Positions 27,765 to 36,655 of a DNA stretch of 64,000 nucleotides are shown here, piece by piece. The translations under genes and the position numbers were made by a program. Where the stretch lies: NCBI GenBank assembly GCA_963662625.1, contig OY759726.1, forward strand, positions 864,001 through 928,000. Direction: 5' to 3'. The DNA comes from Nitrosopumilus sp. Lineage in GTDB: Archaea; Thermoproteota; Nitrososphaeria; Nitrososphaerales; Nitrosopumilaceae. Each line of letters starts with the position of its first letter. Positions within the stretch are counted from its first letter, which is position 1. A model generated the notes under the pieces. The model ran no database searches, had not been told where the DNA came from, and saw nothing but the letters and a program-made list of their open reading frames with translations.

Positions 27765-29948
27765 TTGAGGGTGGCCGTCATCTACAACAAAAAAACCATC
27801 GACCCGAAGGACGTCATCAGCATCTATGGCATAGCCACCAAGGAGCACTATAACCCAAAAACCGTTGAAAAGGTGGCAGAAGCGCTGGAAAAGGGCGGCC
27901 ACACCGTCAAGATCATAGAGGGCACGATGGGCTCGGTCGACGAGATGCACTCCTTCATGCCAAAGGTGGTCGCAGGAACGAACCCGGGCATGGTGTTTAA
28001 CATGGCGTACGGAATACAGGGACACGACAGGTACACGCACCTCCCAGCGATGCTGGAGATGCTGGGCGTACCGTACACCGGCTCGGGTCCCGAGGCCCAC
28101 GCCATAGTCCAGGACAAGGTGATGACAAAGATCGTGCTGCAGAAGAACCAGCTGCCGACTGCGAACTTTTGGGTGTTCTCCTCGCCCGAGGACAGCTTCG
28201 ACGACCTGACATTCCCGGTCATCGTGAAACCCAAGATGGAATCGACGTCCATGGGGATGAAGATCGTCCACAACTGGGACGATCTGCGCGCCGCGGTAAA
28301 AGAAGAGATTGAAAAATACCAGCAGGACGCGCTGGTCGAGCAGTTCATCCCGGGCAGGGAGTTCGCGGTGGGCGTGCTGGGAAACAGGAACCACCTCGAA
28401 GTCCTGCCCACCGTGGAATTCGCCCTGAAAGATCCAAACCAAATCCAGACAAAATCAGACAAGATGAAAGACCCGATTGAAAAGATCTGCCCCGCCAAAC
28501 TCGACCCGGGCGCCGAGGAGGACATGAAGAGCCTGTGCATCAAGGCATTCAACAAGCTCGGCCTGCACGACTATGCGAGGGTGGACATCAGGGTGGACGA
28601 GGAGGGGGACATGTACATCCTCGAGCTTAACTCGATGGCCAGCCTTGGCCAGACCGGGTCATTCGTGGCCGCCGCCAAGGCGGCAGGCTACACCTACGAA
28701 TCGTTGATAAACAAGATGCTGGACGTCGCGTCCGTCCGGCACTTTGGCGAGTCCCGGCTCCATGCCGCCGCGCAGGGGGATCTGGAAAAAGCGCACAGCC
28801 AGCCGCTGAGGATAGCTGCCAGAAGCTACCTCAGGAGCCACCTCGTGACCACGGTCCAGTTTCTGAGGCAGATGTCGGAGATCAACACGACGGTGCGGAA
28901 CGTGGAAAACGTAAACAGGCTCGGCAAGCTGGTCTCCCGGCGGCTCACGCACCTGGGATTCGAGGAACGCGTCCACCAGGAATTCGACGTGGGGGACATG
29001 CGGTATTTTGCAAACCACGAGGATCCCAAGAACGACGTCCTGCTGCTGTGCCACACCGACACCCCGTACAGCGCCCGGGATTTTACGCCGTTCAGGGAAG
29101 AAAGGGGCAGGATATTCGGGACGGGGGTGTCGGAAAGCAAGGGCGGAATGGCGGTCATGATCTCCGCGCTGCAGGCGCTGAGGTTCGCGCGGAAGCTTCG
29201 AAAGATAAGGTGCGGGATTCTGGTCACCACCGACGACAGCCTGGCCGGCGCGCATTCCAGGAAACTGATCGCCGAGCATTCAAAACACTCAAGACACGTC
29301 ATAGGCCTGAAATGGGGGGATCTCGACGGGGGCGTCATCACGTCGGGTTACGGGAGGGACGATTACAAGATAGAGCTGTCCAACATGCGTGAAACCGCCG
29401 GCCCCGACTCCCCGGGGCTGATACCCGCAGTCTGCAAAAAAATAATCGCGCTGGGCAGGCTGTCAAAAAAAGGCTCCAGCATAAGGGTGTCCTCGATGAA
29501 GGCCCACACGTCCTACGGGCGCGCCCCCGACTATGCGTCAGTCAGCGTCGTAACCAACTTTGCGACCAAGCAGCTTGGGGACGAAATCGAGCTGCAGCTC
29601 AGACAAACTCTTAAAAAACAAGACGCGATGAAGCTCAACGTGGAAATCACGAGGGGCACCAGGAGGGATCCCATAGTGGAGACCGTGGCAACAAGGAAGA
29701 TGCTTGGCATCGTCGCCGAGCAGGCCAAGCGGATTGACCTGCCCCTAAAGTCCTCCAGCCGCCTGATCTCTTCGGACATCAGTTACGTTCCGGAGGGCAT
29801 TCCCGCCCTGGACGGGATGGGGCCGCTCGGCGGGGAGCACCGCACCCCCAACGAGTTCGTTTTACGCGACAGCCTAATCGACAGGGCGCTGCTGCTTGCG
29901 CTGGTACTGCACGAGTGCTCGCCAGTTTCCCGGGAGCAGCCCCGATAG
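27765..29948 (+). CDS. Ddl-like ATP-grasp ligase fused to an M20 (carboxypeptidase G2-like) domain
   Basis: N-half: FNMAYG, PYTGSG, DKVMTK, FPVIVKP, VEQFIPGREF, YARVDIR, LELN. C-half: LLCHTDT, GTGVSESKGG, SDISY..PALDGMGP, TPNEFV. Confidence 0.88.
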   Translation: MRVAVIYNKKTIDPKDVISIYGIATKEHYNPKTVEKVAEALEKGGHTVKIIEGTMGSVDEMHSFMPKVVAGTNPGMVFNMAYGIQGHDRYTHLPAMLEMLGVPYTGSGPEAHAIVQDKVMTKIVLQKNQLPTANFWVFSSPEDSFDDLTFPVIVKPKMESTSMGMKIVHNWDDLRAAVKEEIEKYQQDALVEQFIPGREFAVGVLGNRNHLEVLPTVEFALKDPNQIQTKSDKMKDPIEKICPAKLDPGAEEDMKSLCIKAFNKLGLHDYARVDIRVDEEGDMYILELNSMASLGQTGSFVAAAKAAGYTYESLINKMLDVASVRHFGESRLHAAAQGDLEKAHSQPLRIAARSYLRSHLVTTVQFLRQMSEINTTVRNVENVNRLGKLVSRRLTHLGFEERVHQEFDVGDMRYFANHEDPKNDVLLLCHTDTPYSARDFTPFREERGRIFGTGVSESKGGMAVMISALQALRFARKLRKIRCGILVTTDDSLAGAHSRKLIAEHSKHSRHVIGLKWGDLDGGVITSGYGRDDYKIELSNMRETAGPDSPGLIPAVCKKIIALGRLSKKGSSIRVSSMKAHTSYGRAPDYASVSVVTNFATKQLGDEIELQLRQTLKKQDAMKLNVEITRGTRRDPIVETVATRKMLGIVAEQAKRIDLPLKSSSRLISSDISYVPEGIPALDGMGPLGGEHRTPNEFVLRDSLIDRALLLALVLHECSPVSREQPR

Positions 29949-29960
29949 CACGTCCAGGGC

Positions 29961-31613
29961 ATGGCTTCGAGAAACAGGGGCGCCGACGTAGAAAACATCG
30001 AGGGGTCGTTTGAAAGCAGGCGCGACAAAACGGCCTCCGCTTCCAAGCGCGGAATGGTGGCCACCGCGTTTTCCCACGCCACAAAGGCGGGCGTGGAGAT
30101 GCTCAGGAAGGGGGGAAACGCGGTGGACGCCGCGTGTGCTTCCTCCCTGGCACTGGCGGTGTGCGAGCCGCAGGCCTCGGGAATAGGGGGCCAGACCATA
30201 GCCCTCATCCACGTTGGCGGCAAGACGATCGGGATAGACGGCTCAAGCAGGGTGCCGTCGCTTGCGCACTCCTCGGCATTTGCGAAGAGGGAGAGGCGGC
30301 TCGTCGGGTACAAGGCGGCCACAGTGCCCAGCACCGTCGCGACGATAGGCTATCTCAACGACCATTACGGGAGGCTCGACTGGCAGGAAATAATCAAACC
30401 CGCAATCAGGATCGCAAGGCGGGGGTACAGGATCACGAAACTGCAGCACGACTCGCAGGCGGGAGCCCTTGACCAGTTTTTCAAGGTGGGATCTAGGTCG
30501 GGGGCAAGGTACTTTCTCAAGGACGGCCAGGTCCCCTACGAAACCGGCGACCTGTTCGTGCAGGAGGATCTGGCAGAGACGCTCTCCTGCCTCAGCCGGC
30601 ACGGGCACCACTCGTTTTACCACGGGGCCATCGCCAGCCAGATAGACAAGGACATGAAGGCGCACAAGGGATACATAAGAAAGGAAGACCTCTCCCTGGC
30701 CCCGCTGCCTGTGGAGAGAAAGCCGATCCACAGGGCGTACCGGGGAACCAGGGTCTATTCCACGCCGCCTCCGGGAGCGGGAGACACGATGCTCCTCGCG
30801 GTGATGATGCTGGGCAACATTCCGAGGCGGCACATGAGGCACAAAAGCCCCTACACGTACCACTACATCTCCGAGACCCTCAGGAAGGCGCTGCTGTACA
30901 GGACCCAGAGGCCGTTTGATCCCCGCACATACCACCAAGTCAAGGACAGGATCCACCTCCACGCGGGATTCGCAAGAAACCTGTCAAGATCCATCATGGA
31001 CACGGTCGATCCCTCCCTCCCGCCGGAGGACGCCTCCTCCGATCTTGAAGACACCACCCACCTCTCCGCAATGGACTGCGAGGGGAACGCCGTAAGCATG
31101 ACCCAGTCAATCGAGCTGGTTTATGGCTCAAAGGCCGCGGCCGACGGCCTCGGGTTCCTGTACAACAACTACATGTCGGCACTGGAGTTTGAAAACCCGA
31201 ACCACCCGTTCTACCTGAGGCCAAACGCGGTCCCCTGGTCGTCGGTATGCCCCAGCATCGTGTTTTACAACGGCGAGCCGTGGGTTTCGGTGGGGAGCAC
31301 GGGCAGCGCGAGGATATTCTCCGTCGTGAGCCTGTTTCTTTCAAGGCTGCTCGACGAGGAGAACTCCATCTATGACGCAATGGAAAGGCCGCGCATGCAC
31401 TGCTCCCTTGACGGGACCGTCAGCATGGAGGGGGACAGCTCGTGGGACGGGGTGGCGGGCCACCTGGAAAGAAAGGGGTACAAGGTACGCACCCTGAAGC
31501 GGCACTCGTTCTATTTTGGCGCCCTGCACGCCGTCCTGAGGCGCCATGACGGCAGGGGCTTTCAGGGCGTGGCAGACGTCAGGCGGGACGGGACGGCGGA
31601 GGGGCTCCCATGA
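29961..31613 (+). CDS. ggt: Gamma-glutamyltransferase family (Ntn hydrolase)
   Basis: GGNAVDAA, EPQASGIGG, VPSTV, PPPGAG, ED|TTHLS nucleophile Thr, TQSIE..YGS, GFLYNN, PWSSVCP, ADVRRDG. Confidence 0.92.
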   Translation: MASRNRGADVENIEGSFESRRDKTASASKRGMVATAFSHATKAGVEMLRKGGNAVDAACASSLALAVCEPQASGIGGQTIALIHVGGKTIGIDGSSRVPSLAHSSAFAKRERRLVGYKAATVPSTVATIGYLNDHYGRLDWQEIIKPAIRIARRGYRITKLQHDSQAGALDQFFKVGSRSGARYFLKDGQVPYETGDLFVQEDLAETLSCLSRHGHHSFYHGAIASQIDKDMKAHKGYIRKEDLSLAPLPVERKPIHRAYRGTRVYSTPPPGAGDTMLLAVMMLGNIPRRHMRHKSPYTYHYISETLRKALLYRTQRPFDPRTYHQVKDRIHLHAGFARNLSRSIMDTVDPSLPPEDASSDLEDTTHLSAMDCEGNAVSMTQSIELVYGSKAAADGLGFLYNNYMSALEFENPNHPFYLRPNAVPWSSVCPSIVFYNGEPWVSVGSTGSARIFSVVSLFLSRLLDEENSIYDAMERPRMHCSLDGTVSMEGDSSWDGVAGHLERKGYKVRTLKRHSFYFGALHAVLRRHDGRGFQGVADVRRDGTAEGLP

Positions 31614-32380
31614 GCAGGCTCCCCGTGCTGCTGTCAATACCGCACGGCGGGACGGCGACGCCGCCCGAGCTTGCGGATCGCCTGTGCATCGCGGAGAATG
31701 ACCTGTTTGACGACGGGGATCCCTTCACCTGCCAAATCTACGACCTGGGTGGCAGGGCCGAGAAGGTGATCGCCGCGGACATCGCGCGCGCCTTCGTTGA
31801 TCCGAACCGCTCGCTGCAGGAGATGCCGCCCGAGAGCCGCGACGGCGTCATCAAAAGCATGACATGCTACAAAAAACCCATCTACGCCGAGGGCAGGGAG
31901 CCCGGCGAAGTGCTACGGAAGGCCCTCGTTGAACGGTACTACATGCCGTACCACAGGAAGATCCAGAAAGCGCTTGCGCAGTCAGACTTGCAGCTGTGCC
32001 TGGACTGCCACTCCATGGCCGCGGCCGCGCCCCCGGTATCGCCGGATGGCGGCGGGGAGGCGCGGCCCGCGTTCTGCATCTCCAACCTGCGCGGCGCGAC
32101 AAGCTCGCGGGAGATGATGGATCTTCTCGCGGACTGCATCTCGGAATCGTTTTCCATAGGCCGGGACGAAATCAGCCGCAACCGCCCCTTCGAGGGAGGG
32201 CACATTATCAGGACCTATGGAAGCCGGGCGCCCCCCTGGATCCAGGTGGAGATCAGCCGCGACCTGTACCTGTCGGAACGGTGGTTCGACAGGGGTTCCA
32301 TGTCGTTCAAGGACTCCAGGCTGCGTCATCTGAATTCCATGTTTGGGAAGGCGCTGGAGTCGTTTTTCGGGCGGATCTGA
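31610..32380 (+). CDS. N-formylglutamate amidohydrolase family
   Basis: SIPHGG, ARAFVDPNR, YYMPYH, LDCHSM, FEGGHI, IQVEISRDLYL; ATGA overlap with ggt. Confidence 0.92.
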   Translation: MSRLPVLLSIPHGGTATPPELADRLCIAENDLFDDGDPFTCQIYDLGGRAEKVIAADIARAFVDPNRSLQEMPPESRDGVIKSMTCYKKPIYAEGREPGEVLRKALVERYYMPYHRKIQKALAQSDLQLCLDCHSMAAAAPPVSPDGGGEARPAFCISNLRGATSSREMMDLLADCISESFSIGRDEISRNRPFEGGHIIRTYGSRAPPWIQVEISRDLYLSERWFDRGSMSFKDSRLRHLNSMFGKALESFFGRI

Positions 32381-32437
32381 GGGGCTTGGCAGGCCGCGTC
32401 ACCCACGGGGCACATGGAGCCTGCCGCCGCAAGACGC

Positions 32438-34141
32438 CTAAAGGTAGTCTTTTTTCTTGAACCACACGACCATCAGCGCCGTGATCACGATCATGCCAGT
32501 AAGCACGGCAAAGTAGCCGTCCTTCCACTGCAGCTCCGGCATGTTCACGAAGTTCATCCCGTAGTGCCCGGAGATGAATGTGAGGGGGATGAAGATGCTT
32601 GCGATGATTGTCAGGGTTTTCATGACCTCGTTCATCTTGTTGCTGACGTTTGAGAGGTACGTGTCCAGCATGCCGCCGATCACGTCGCGCAGGGACTCGA
32701 TGGTGTCCATGACCTGGATCGTGTGGCTGTAAACGTCCTTCAGGTAGATCTTGGTGTCCTCGGACACCAGGCTGGACGTGGTTTTCCCAAACATGTTGAT
32801 CTCTTCCCTGAGCGGCCACACTGTCTTCCGCAGGAGAATCATCTGCCGCTTGAGGTTGCGGATGGTGTTGATGAGGTCTGCTTTGGGATTGTCCATCAGC
32901 TCGTCCTCGATCACCTCGGTCTCCTCCCCGACCTTTTCCAGCACCACGAAAAAATTGTCGACAAGCGCATCTACAAGCAGGTATGCCAGGTAGTCGCTCG
33001 TATGCTCCTTTGCGTCGCTGTTCCCCATGCGGAGCCTTTCCCTGATCCTGTCAAACACGTCATCCGAAACCTCTTGGAACGACAGGACGTAGTTTTTGCC
33101 CAGAACCAGGCTGATCTGCTCGATCGCCAGCCTGCTAGTGTTGCTTTCAAAATGGGGCAGCTTCAGCGTCAGGAATATGTAGTCGTCCATAACCTCGATC
33201 TTCGGCCTGACATCCGTGTTCATGATGTCGGCTTGGGCCAGCTTGTGAATCCCAAAGTGCTCCCCCAACTTCCTGACTATGTCGGCGTCGTGTATCCCCG
33301 TAATGTTTATCCAGTACTTCTTTCCGTTATCCTTGGACACAAAGCAGTCCTCCACGTCTTCGGTGTCTCTTTCGGTCAAGTCTTTTCCATCGTACTCGAT
33401 TATGTGGTAGGTTATCTTGTCCACCTTCCTTTCCCCTATGTGCATCAGGGTCCCTGGCTGGAGTCCCAGCGTGTCCGCGGAGGTCTTGACGTCGTCCGAC
33501 CTTTTTCTGGAGCGCGTTCCGAGGGTCGCGATGTCCAAAAGCCCCACGTCTTTCGTAATGTCCTTGACCTTTCCAGTCCTGGCTATGACCCCGATTATGA
33601 TGTATCCTGCTATTATCGAAAACAGCATGCTGATCACCAGCGGGCCGAAGTTGCCGTGTACTACCGCCTGCTCGATTAACAGGAGGTCTGTGGCTGCCTG
33701 CTCGAACGTGCTGCCTGCTATGCCCGTGTGCTCTACCTCCTTTATGGTGATGGAGCCATGGGTGATGATCGCGCCCAAGAGTATTTCGAGTATGTAGAAG
33801 AGAAACGAGATTATCGCCCCAACGATTACCGCGGTTATTACGGTAATGCGCGGGGGTATGTCCAGGTCTTTTTCCCTTCTGTATGGCGATATGTATTTTT
33901 TAAGCCGCATGAGCAGCAATGCGACGCCGGTGATGATCACCGTGGAGATCAGCCACCACGCGATGAGCGGGTACCCGTGGGACGAGTCTATCTGCTCGAT
34001 GCCCGTGAGTAGGTCTTGCAGGGTTCCGGTAAGCGGGATCACCATCAGGAAGCTTGCGATGTTTACGATGGTCTGGTAGATGAAGGCAAAGGCAAAGCCG
34101 AGCGTCAGCCTGTTTAATACCACTCCGACTTTCTCATGCAT
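32438..34141 (-). CDS. corA: CorA Mg/Co transporter with an extra N-terminal 4-TM domain
   Basis: GLQPGTL, WINITG, FGIH, RPKIE, MNEVMKTLT, YGMNF.NMPEL; about 200-aa hydrophobic N-terminal extension. Confidence 0.9.
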   Translation of the reverse strand: MHEKVGVVLNRLTLGFAFAFIYQTIVNIASFLMVIPLTGTLQDLLTGIEQIDSSHGYPLIAWWLISTVIITGVALLLMRLKKYISPYRREKDLDIPPRITVITAVIVGAIISFLFYILEILLGAIITHGSITIKEVEHTGIAGSTFEQAATDLLLIEQAVVHGNFGPLVISMLFSIIAGYIIIGVIARTGKVKDITKDVGLLDIATLGTRSRKRSDDVKTSADTLGLQPGTLMHIGERKVDKITYHIIEYDGKDLTERDTEDVEDCFVSKDNGKKYWINITGIHDADIVRKLGEHFGIHKLAQADIMNTDVRPKIEVMDDYIFLTLKLPHFESNTSRLAIEQISLVLGKNYVLSFQEVSDDVFDRIRERLRMGNSDAKEHTSDYLAYLLVDALVDNFFVVLEKVGEETEVIEDELMDNPKADLINTIRNLKRQMILLRKTVWPLREEINMFGKTTSSLVSEDTKIYLKDVYSHTIQVMDTIESLRDVIGGMLDTYLSNVSNKMNEVMKTLTIIASIFIPLTFISGHYGMNFVNMPELQWKDGYFAVLTGMIVITALMVVWFKKKDYL

Positions 34142-34231
34142 CCGGGCTCCCCATCATGCCTATGGGCCCATCCCCGATTAATAAAAAACTAGTGATAAAA
34201 CTAGTTTGTTGTGCAATTCGGTTTTCAGGCA

Positions 34232-34670
34232 CTAAAAACAGTTCGCGCAGGACTGGTAGCCGTGGTCTGTCATGACGGGCGCGGGCTTTCCGTGATCCCT
34301 GATTGCCCCCTCCAGCACGCCAAGCGCGTTTTCAGTCGTGGCCCCGTCGAATATGCCGTACCCGGTGACGAATCCGGAGGCGTCGTCCCCGTGGCACGGG
34401 AACCGCCGCCCGTCATGCATCCCGCCCCGCATCTGCTTCCAGTCGGTGTGCCACAGCGAGTCGGGGTACGTGCGCCCGTGGCGCACCCACTTGCGCCTCC
34501 TGCCCTTCCCGGGGTGCCTTTCTGCCATGTTTTCGTCCATGAGTATGCTGTGTATGGCGCCGTGGGGGACATTGATGCCGGTGTCGGCCATTATGCGCGC
34601 CTGCAGCGCGGTGGCTCCGGCGCGCCAGACACGCCGTGCTTGGCGCCGTCCGGGCTGGCCACCGGGAACG
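34232..34670 (-). mobile_element. IS481-like DDE (rve) transposase remnant
   Basis: KWVR...SLWHTDWK...DDASGFVTGYG...ATTENAL.VLE.AI..HGKP..VMTDHG; truncated. Confidence 0.8.
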
Positions 34671-34682
34671 GCGTGCGGCCCG

Positions 34683-35933
34683 TCCTCCGTGACCGACATG
34701 AGGTCCATGTTCCATGGGGCCCACAAGTTCACCGGGGATCTCTCGTCCTGGGACGTCTCCAAGGTCACCGACATGACCAGCATGTTCCGCAACGCCTTTG
34801 CCTTCAACGGCAGCGTCTCGTCCTGGGACGTCTCCAAGGTCACCGACATGACCAGCATGTTCCACAACGCCGCCTCCTTCAACCAGCCCCTCAACTCCTG
34901 GGACGTCTCCAAGGTCACCGACATGGTGGAGATGTTCCACAACGCCTACCTCTTCAACCAGCCCCTCAACTCCTGGGACGTCTCGGGCGTGACCGACACG
35001 TCATTCATGTTCCAGCGTTCCAACTTCAACGGCAGCGTCTCGTCCTGGGACGTCTCCAAGGTCACCGACATGTCGGGCATGTTCTCCGGGGCCACCTACT
35101 TCAACCAGCCCCTCAACTCCTGGGACGTCTCCAAGGTCACCGACATGTCCGACATGTTCTACAACGCCACCTCCTTCAACCAGCCCCTCAACTCCTGGGA
35201 CGTCTCGGGCGTGATCAGCATGCGCGACATGTTCTCCGGGGCCACCTCCTTCAACCAGCCCCTCAACTCCTGGGACGTCTCCAAGGTCACCGACATGTAC
35301 GACATGTTCTCCGGGGCCACCTCCTTCAACCAGCCCCTCAGCTCCTGGGACGTCTCCAAGGTCACCGACATGTACGGCATGTTCTGGAAGGCGTCGTCCT
35401 TCAACCAGCCCCTCAACTCCTGGGACGTCTCCAAGGTAACAGACATGTCCTGCATGTTCCAGAACGCCGCCTCCTTCAACCAGCCCCTCAACTCCTGGGA
35501 CGTCTCCAAGGTAGAAGACATGTCTTACATGTTCCACAACGCCACCTCCTTCAACCGGCCCATCGGCTCTTGGGACATATTCTCCGTGAACAACATGTCC
35601 GGCATGTTCTGGGACGTCACCATCTTCAACCAGAACCTGGGCAACTGGTACGTCGTGCCCGCGAGCGCCACGGTGGCGGCCAACGAGACCGCGGTCGCGA
35701 CCATAAGCGCCAAGGGCCCATACCTCAACGGGCAGCCCCGCGCGTACTCGCTGGCCACGGGCGGGGACAACGCCCAGTTCGAGATAATCGGCTCCAGCCT
35801 CCGATCCACGGACACCAGTTACGCAAAGGACTCTTACGACGTCACCGTAAAGATCAGCTCCCCGGCAGGCGACCTAGGCAAGGTCCTGAACCACACCCGG
35901 GTGGTGAGCATTACCGTCACGCCGGTCTCCTGA
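34683..35933 (+). pseudogene. BspA-like/DUF285 leucine-rich repeat surface protein, 5'-truncated, with C-terminal cadherin-like domain
   Basis: 12 full about 25-aa repeats (FNQPLNSWDVSKVTDMxxMFxxAxx); tail YSLATGGDNAQFEI...SYDVTVK; abuts the IS remnant with no signal peptide. Confidence 0.85.
34728..35650 (+). repeat. About 75-bp coding tandem repeat array
   Basis: Recurrent ttcaaccagcccctcaactcctgggacgtctccaaggtcaccgacatg framework. Confidence 0.95.
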
Positions 35934-35989
35934 TAGCAGCCGCGAATCGCATCCGGCCCTGCAAACACCCCGCGGGCTGGGGGACTGGA

Positions 35990-36330
35990 GGACAGGCAAG
36001 CACCCCAGGACCACCGGGTTCCCGGGCGGGGACATCGCCGACTGCGACGCCAGGATCAAGGCGGCGGACGGGAACGGGAACGCCAGGCTCCCCACCGCGA
36101 TTCCCGGCGTGGGCAACGCCACCGCGCTGGGGCTGGCGTCGGAGATCGGGGACGTCCCGGGTTCGGCGACATGGACCGCATGGCGTCGTACTTCGGGCCG
36201 ATCCCGTCGGTGAGGAACTCCGCCGGCACCATGCACCACGGCCGCATAACCAAGGCGGGAACCCCGCTGGTGCGGCACCTGCTGACGGAGGCGGTGATAG
36301 CGCGCGTGACCGTGGCTACCAAGAAGGGGC
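35990..36330 (+). mobile_element. IS110 family transposase remnant (frameshifted)
   Basis: TAIPGVGNATALGLASEIGDV / F...MASYFGPIPSVRNSAGTMHHGRITKAGTPLVRHLLTEAV resembles the Transposase_20 pattern. Confidence 0.82.
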
Positions 36331-36571
36331 CGCCCGCCCCCGTCTCGCCGCGCCTGCCGGGGATCCCCGCCCACATGGCGCGCATGAGCCACCCCCGGAC
36401 CGTCGGGCAGGGCCCGTCCAGAGCCCCGCCCACCTTGCGCATGGGCGCGCCCTCCTCGCGCATGACGTGCGCGGGCAGCCGCGCGCGTGCCTTCGGATCC
36501 GTCTCCGTCCCGTGGATCTTCCCGGGGTACTCCGCCCCGGTCTTGGGAAGGAACCCCCTCCCCGTTGGCAT
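36330..36571 (-). mobile_element. IS630-like transposase N-terminal HTH remnant
   Basis: ETDPKARARLPAHVMREEGAPMRKVGGALDGPCPTVRGWLMR resembles the HTH of IS630-type transposases. Confidence 0.55.
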
Positions 36572-36655
36572 GATGATGTCTTTCATGTGTGGCGTCAGGC
36601 GTGCCCCGATCTGGACCTTTCGGCCTGATATCGTTGGCTGTTTTGTGGGCGATTA

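Noticed and set aside
27765-28780. Calling the gene ddl (peptidoglycan synthesis)
   Set aside because: Archaeal host, no mur genes, divergent motifs, and fusion to an M20 domain
34728-35650. CRISPR-like appearance (constant about 48 nt + variable about 27 nt)
   Set aside because: The period is a multiple of 3, the frame is open and encodes DUF285 repeats, the variable parts are mutually homologous, and no cas operon is present
34683-35933. Diversity-generating retroelement target
   Set aside because: No reverse transcriptase or TR/VR pair was seen in the window, and variation is not evidently adenine-specific
34211-36628. 805-aa ORF and other long overlapping ORFs here
   Set aside because: Shadow frames of the repeat array and GC-rich IS debris
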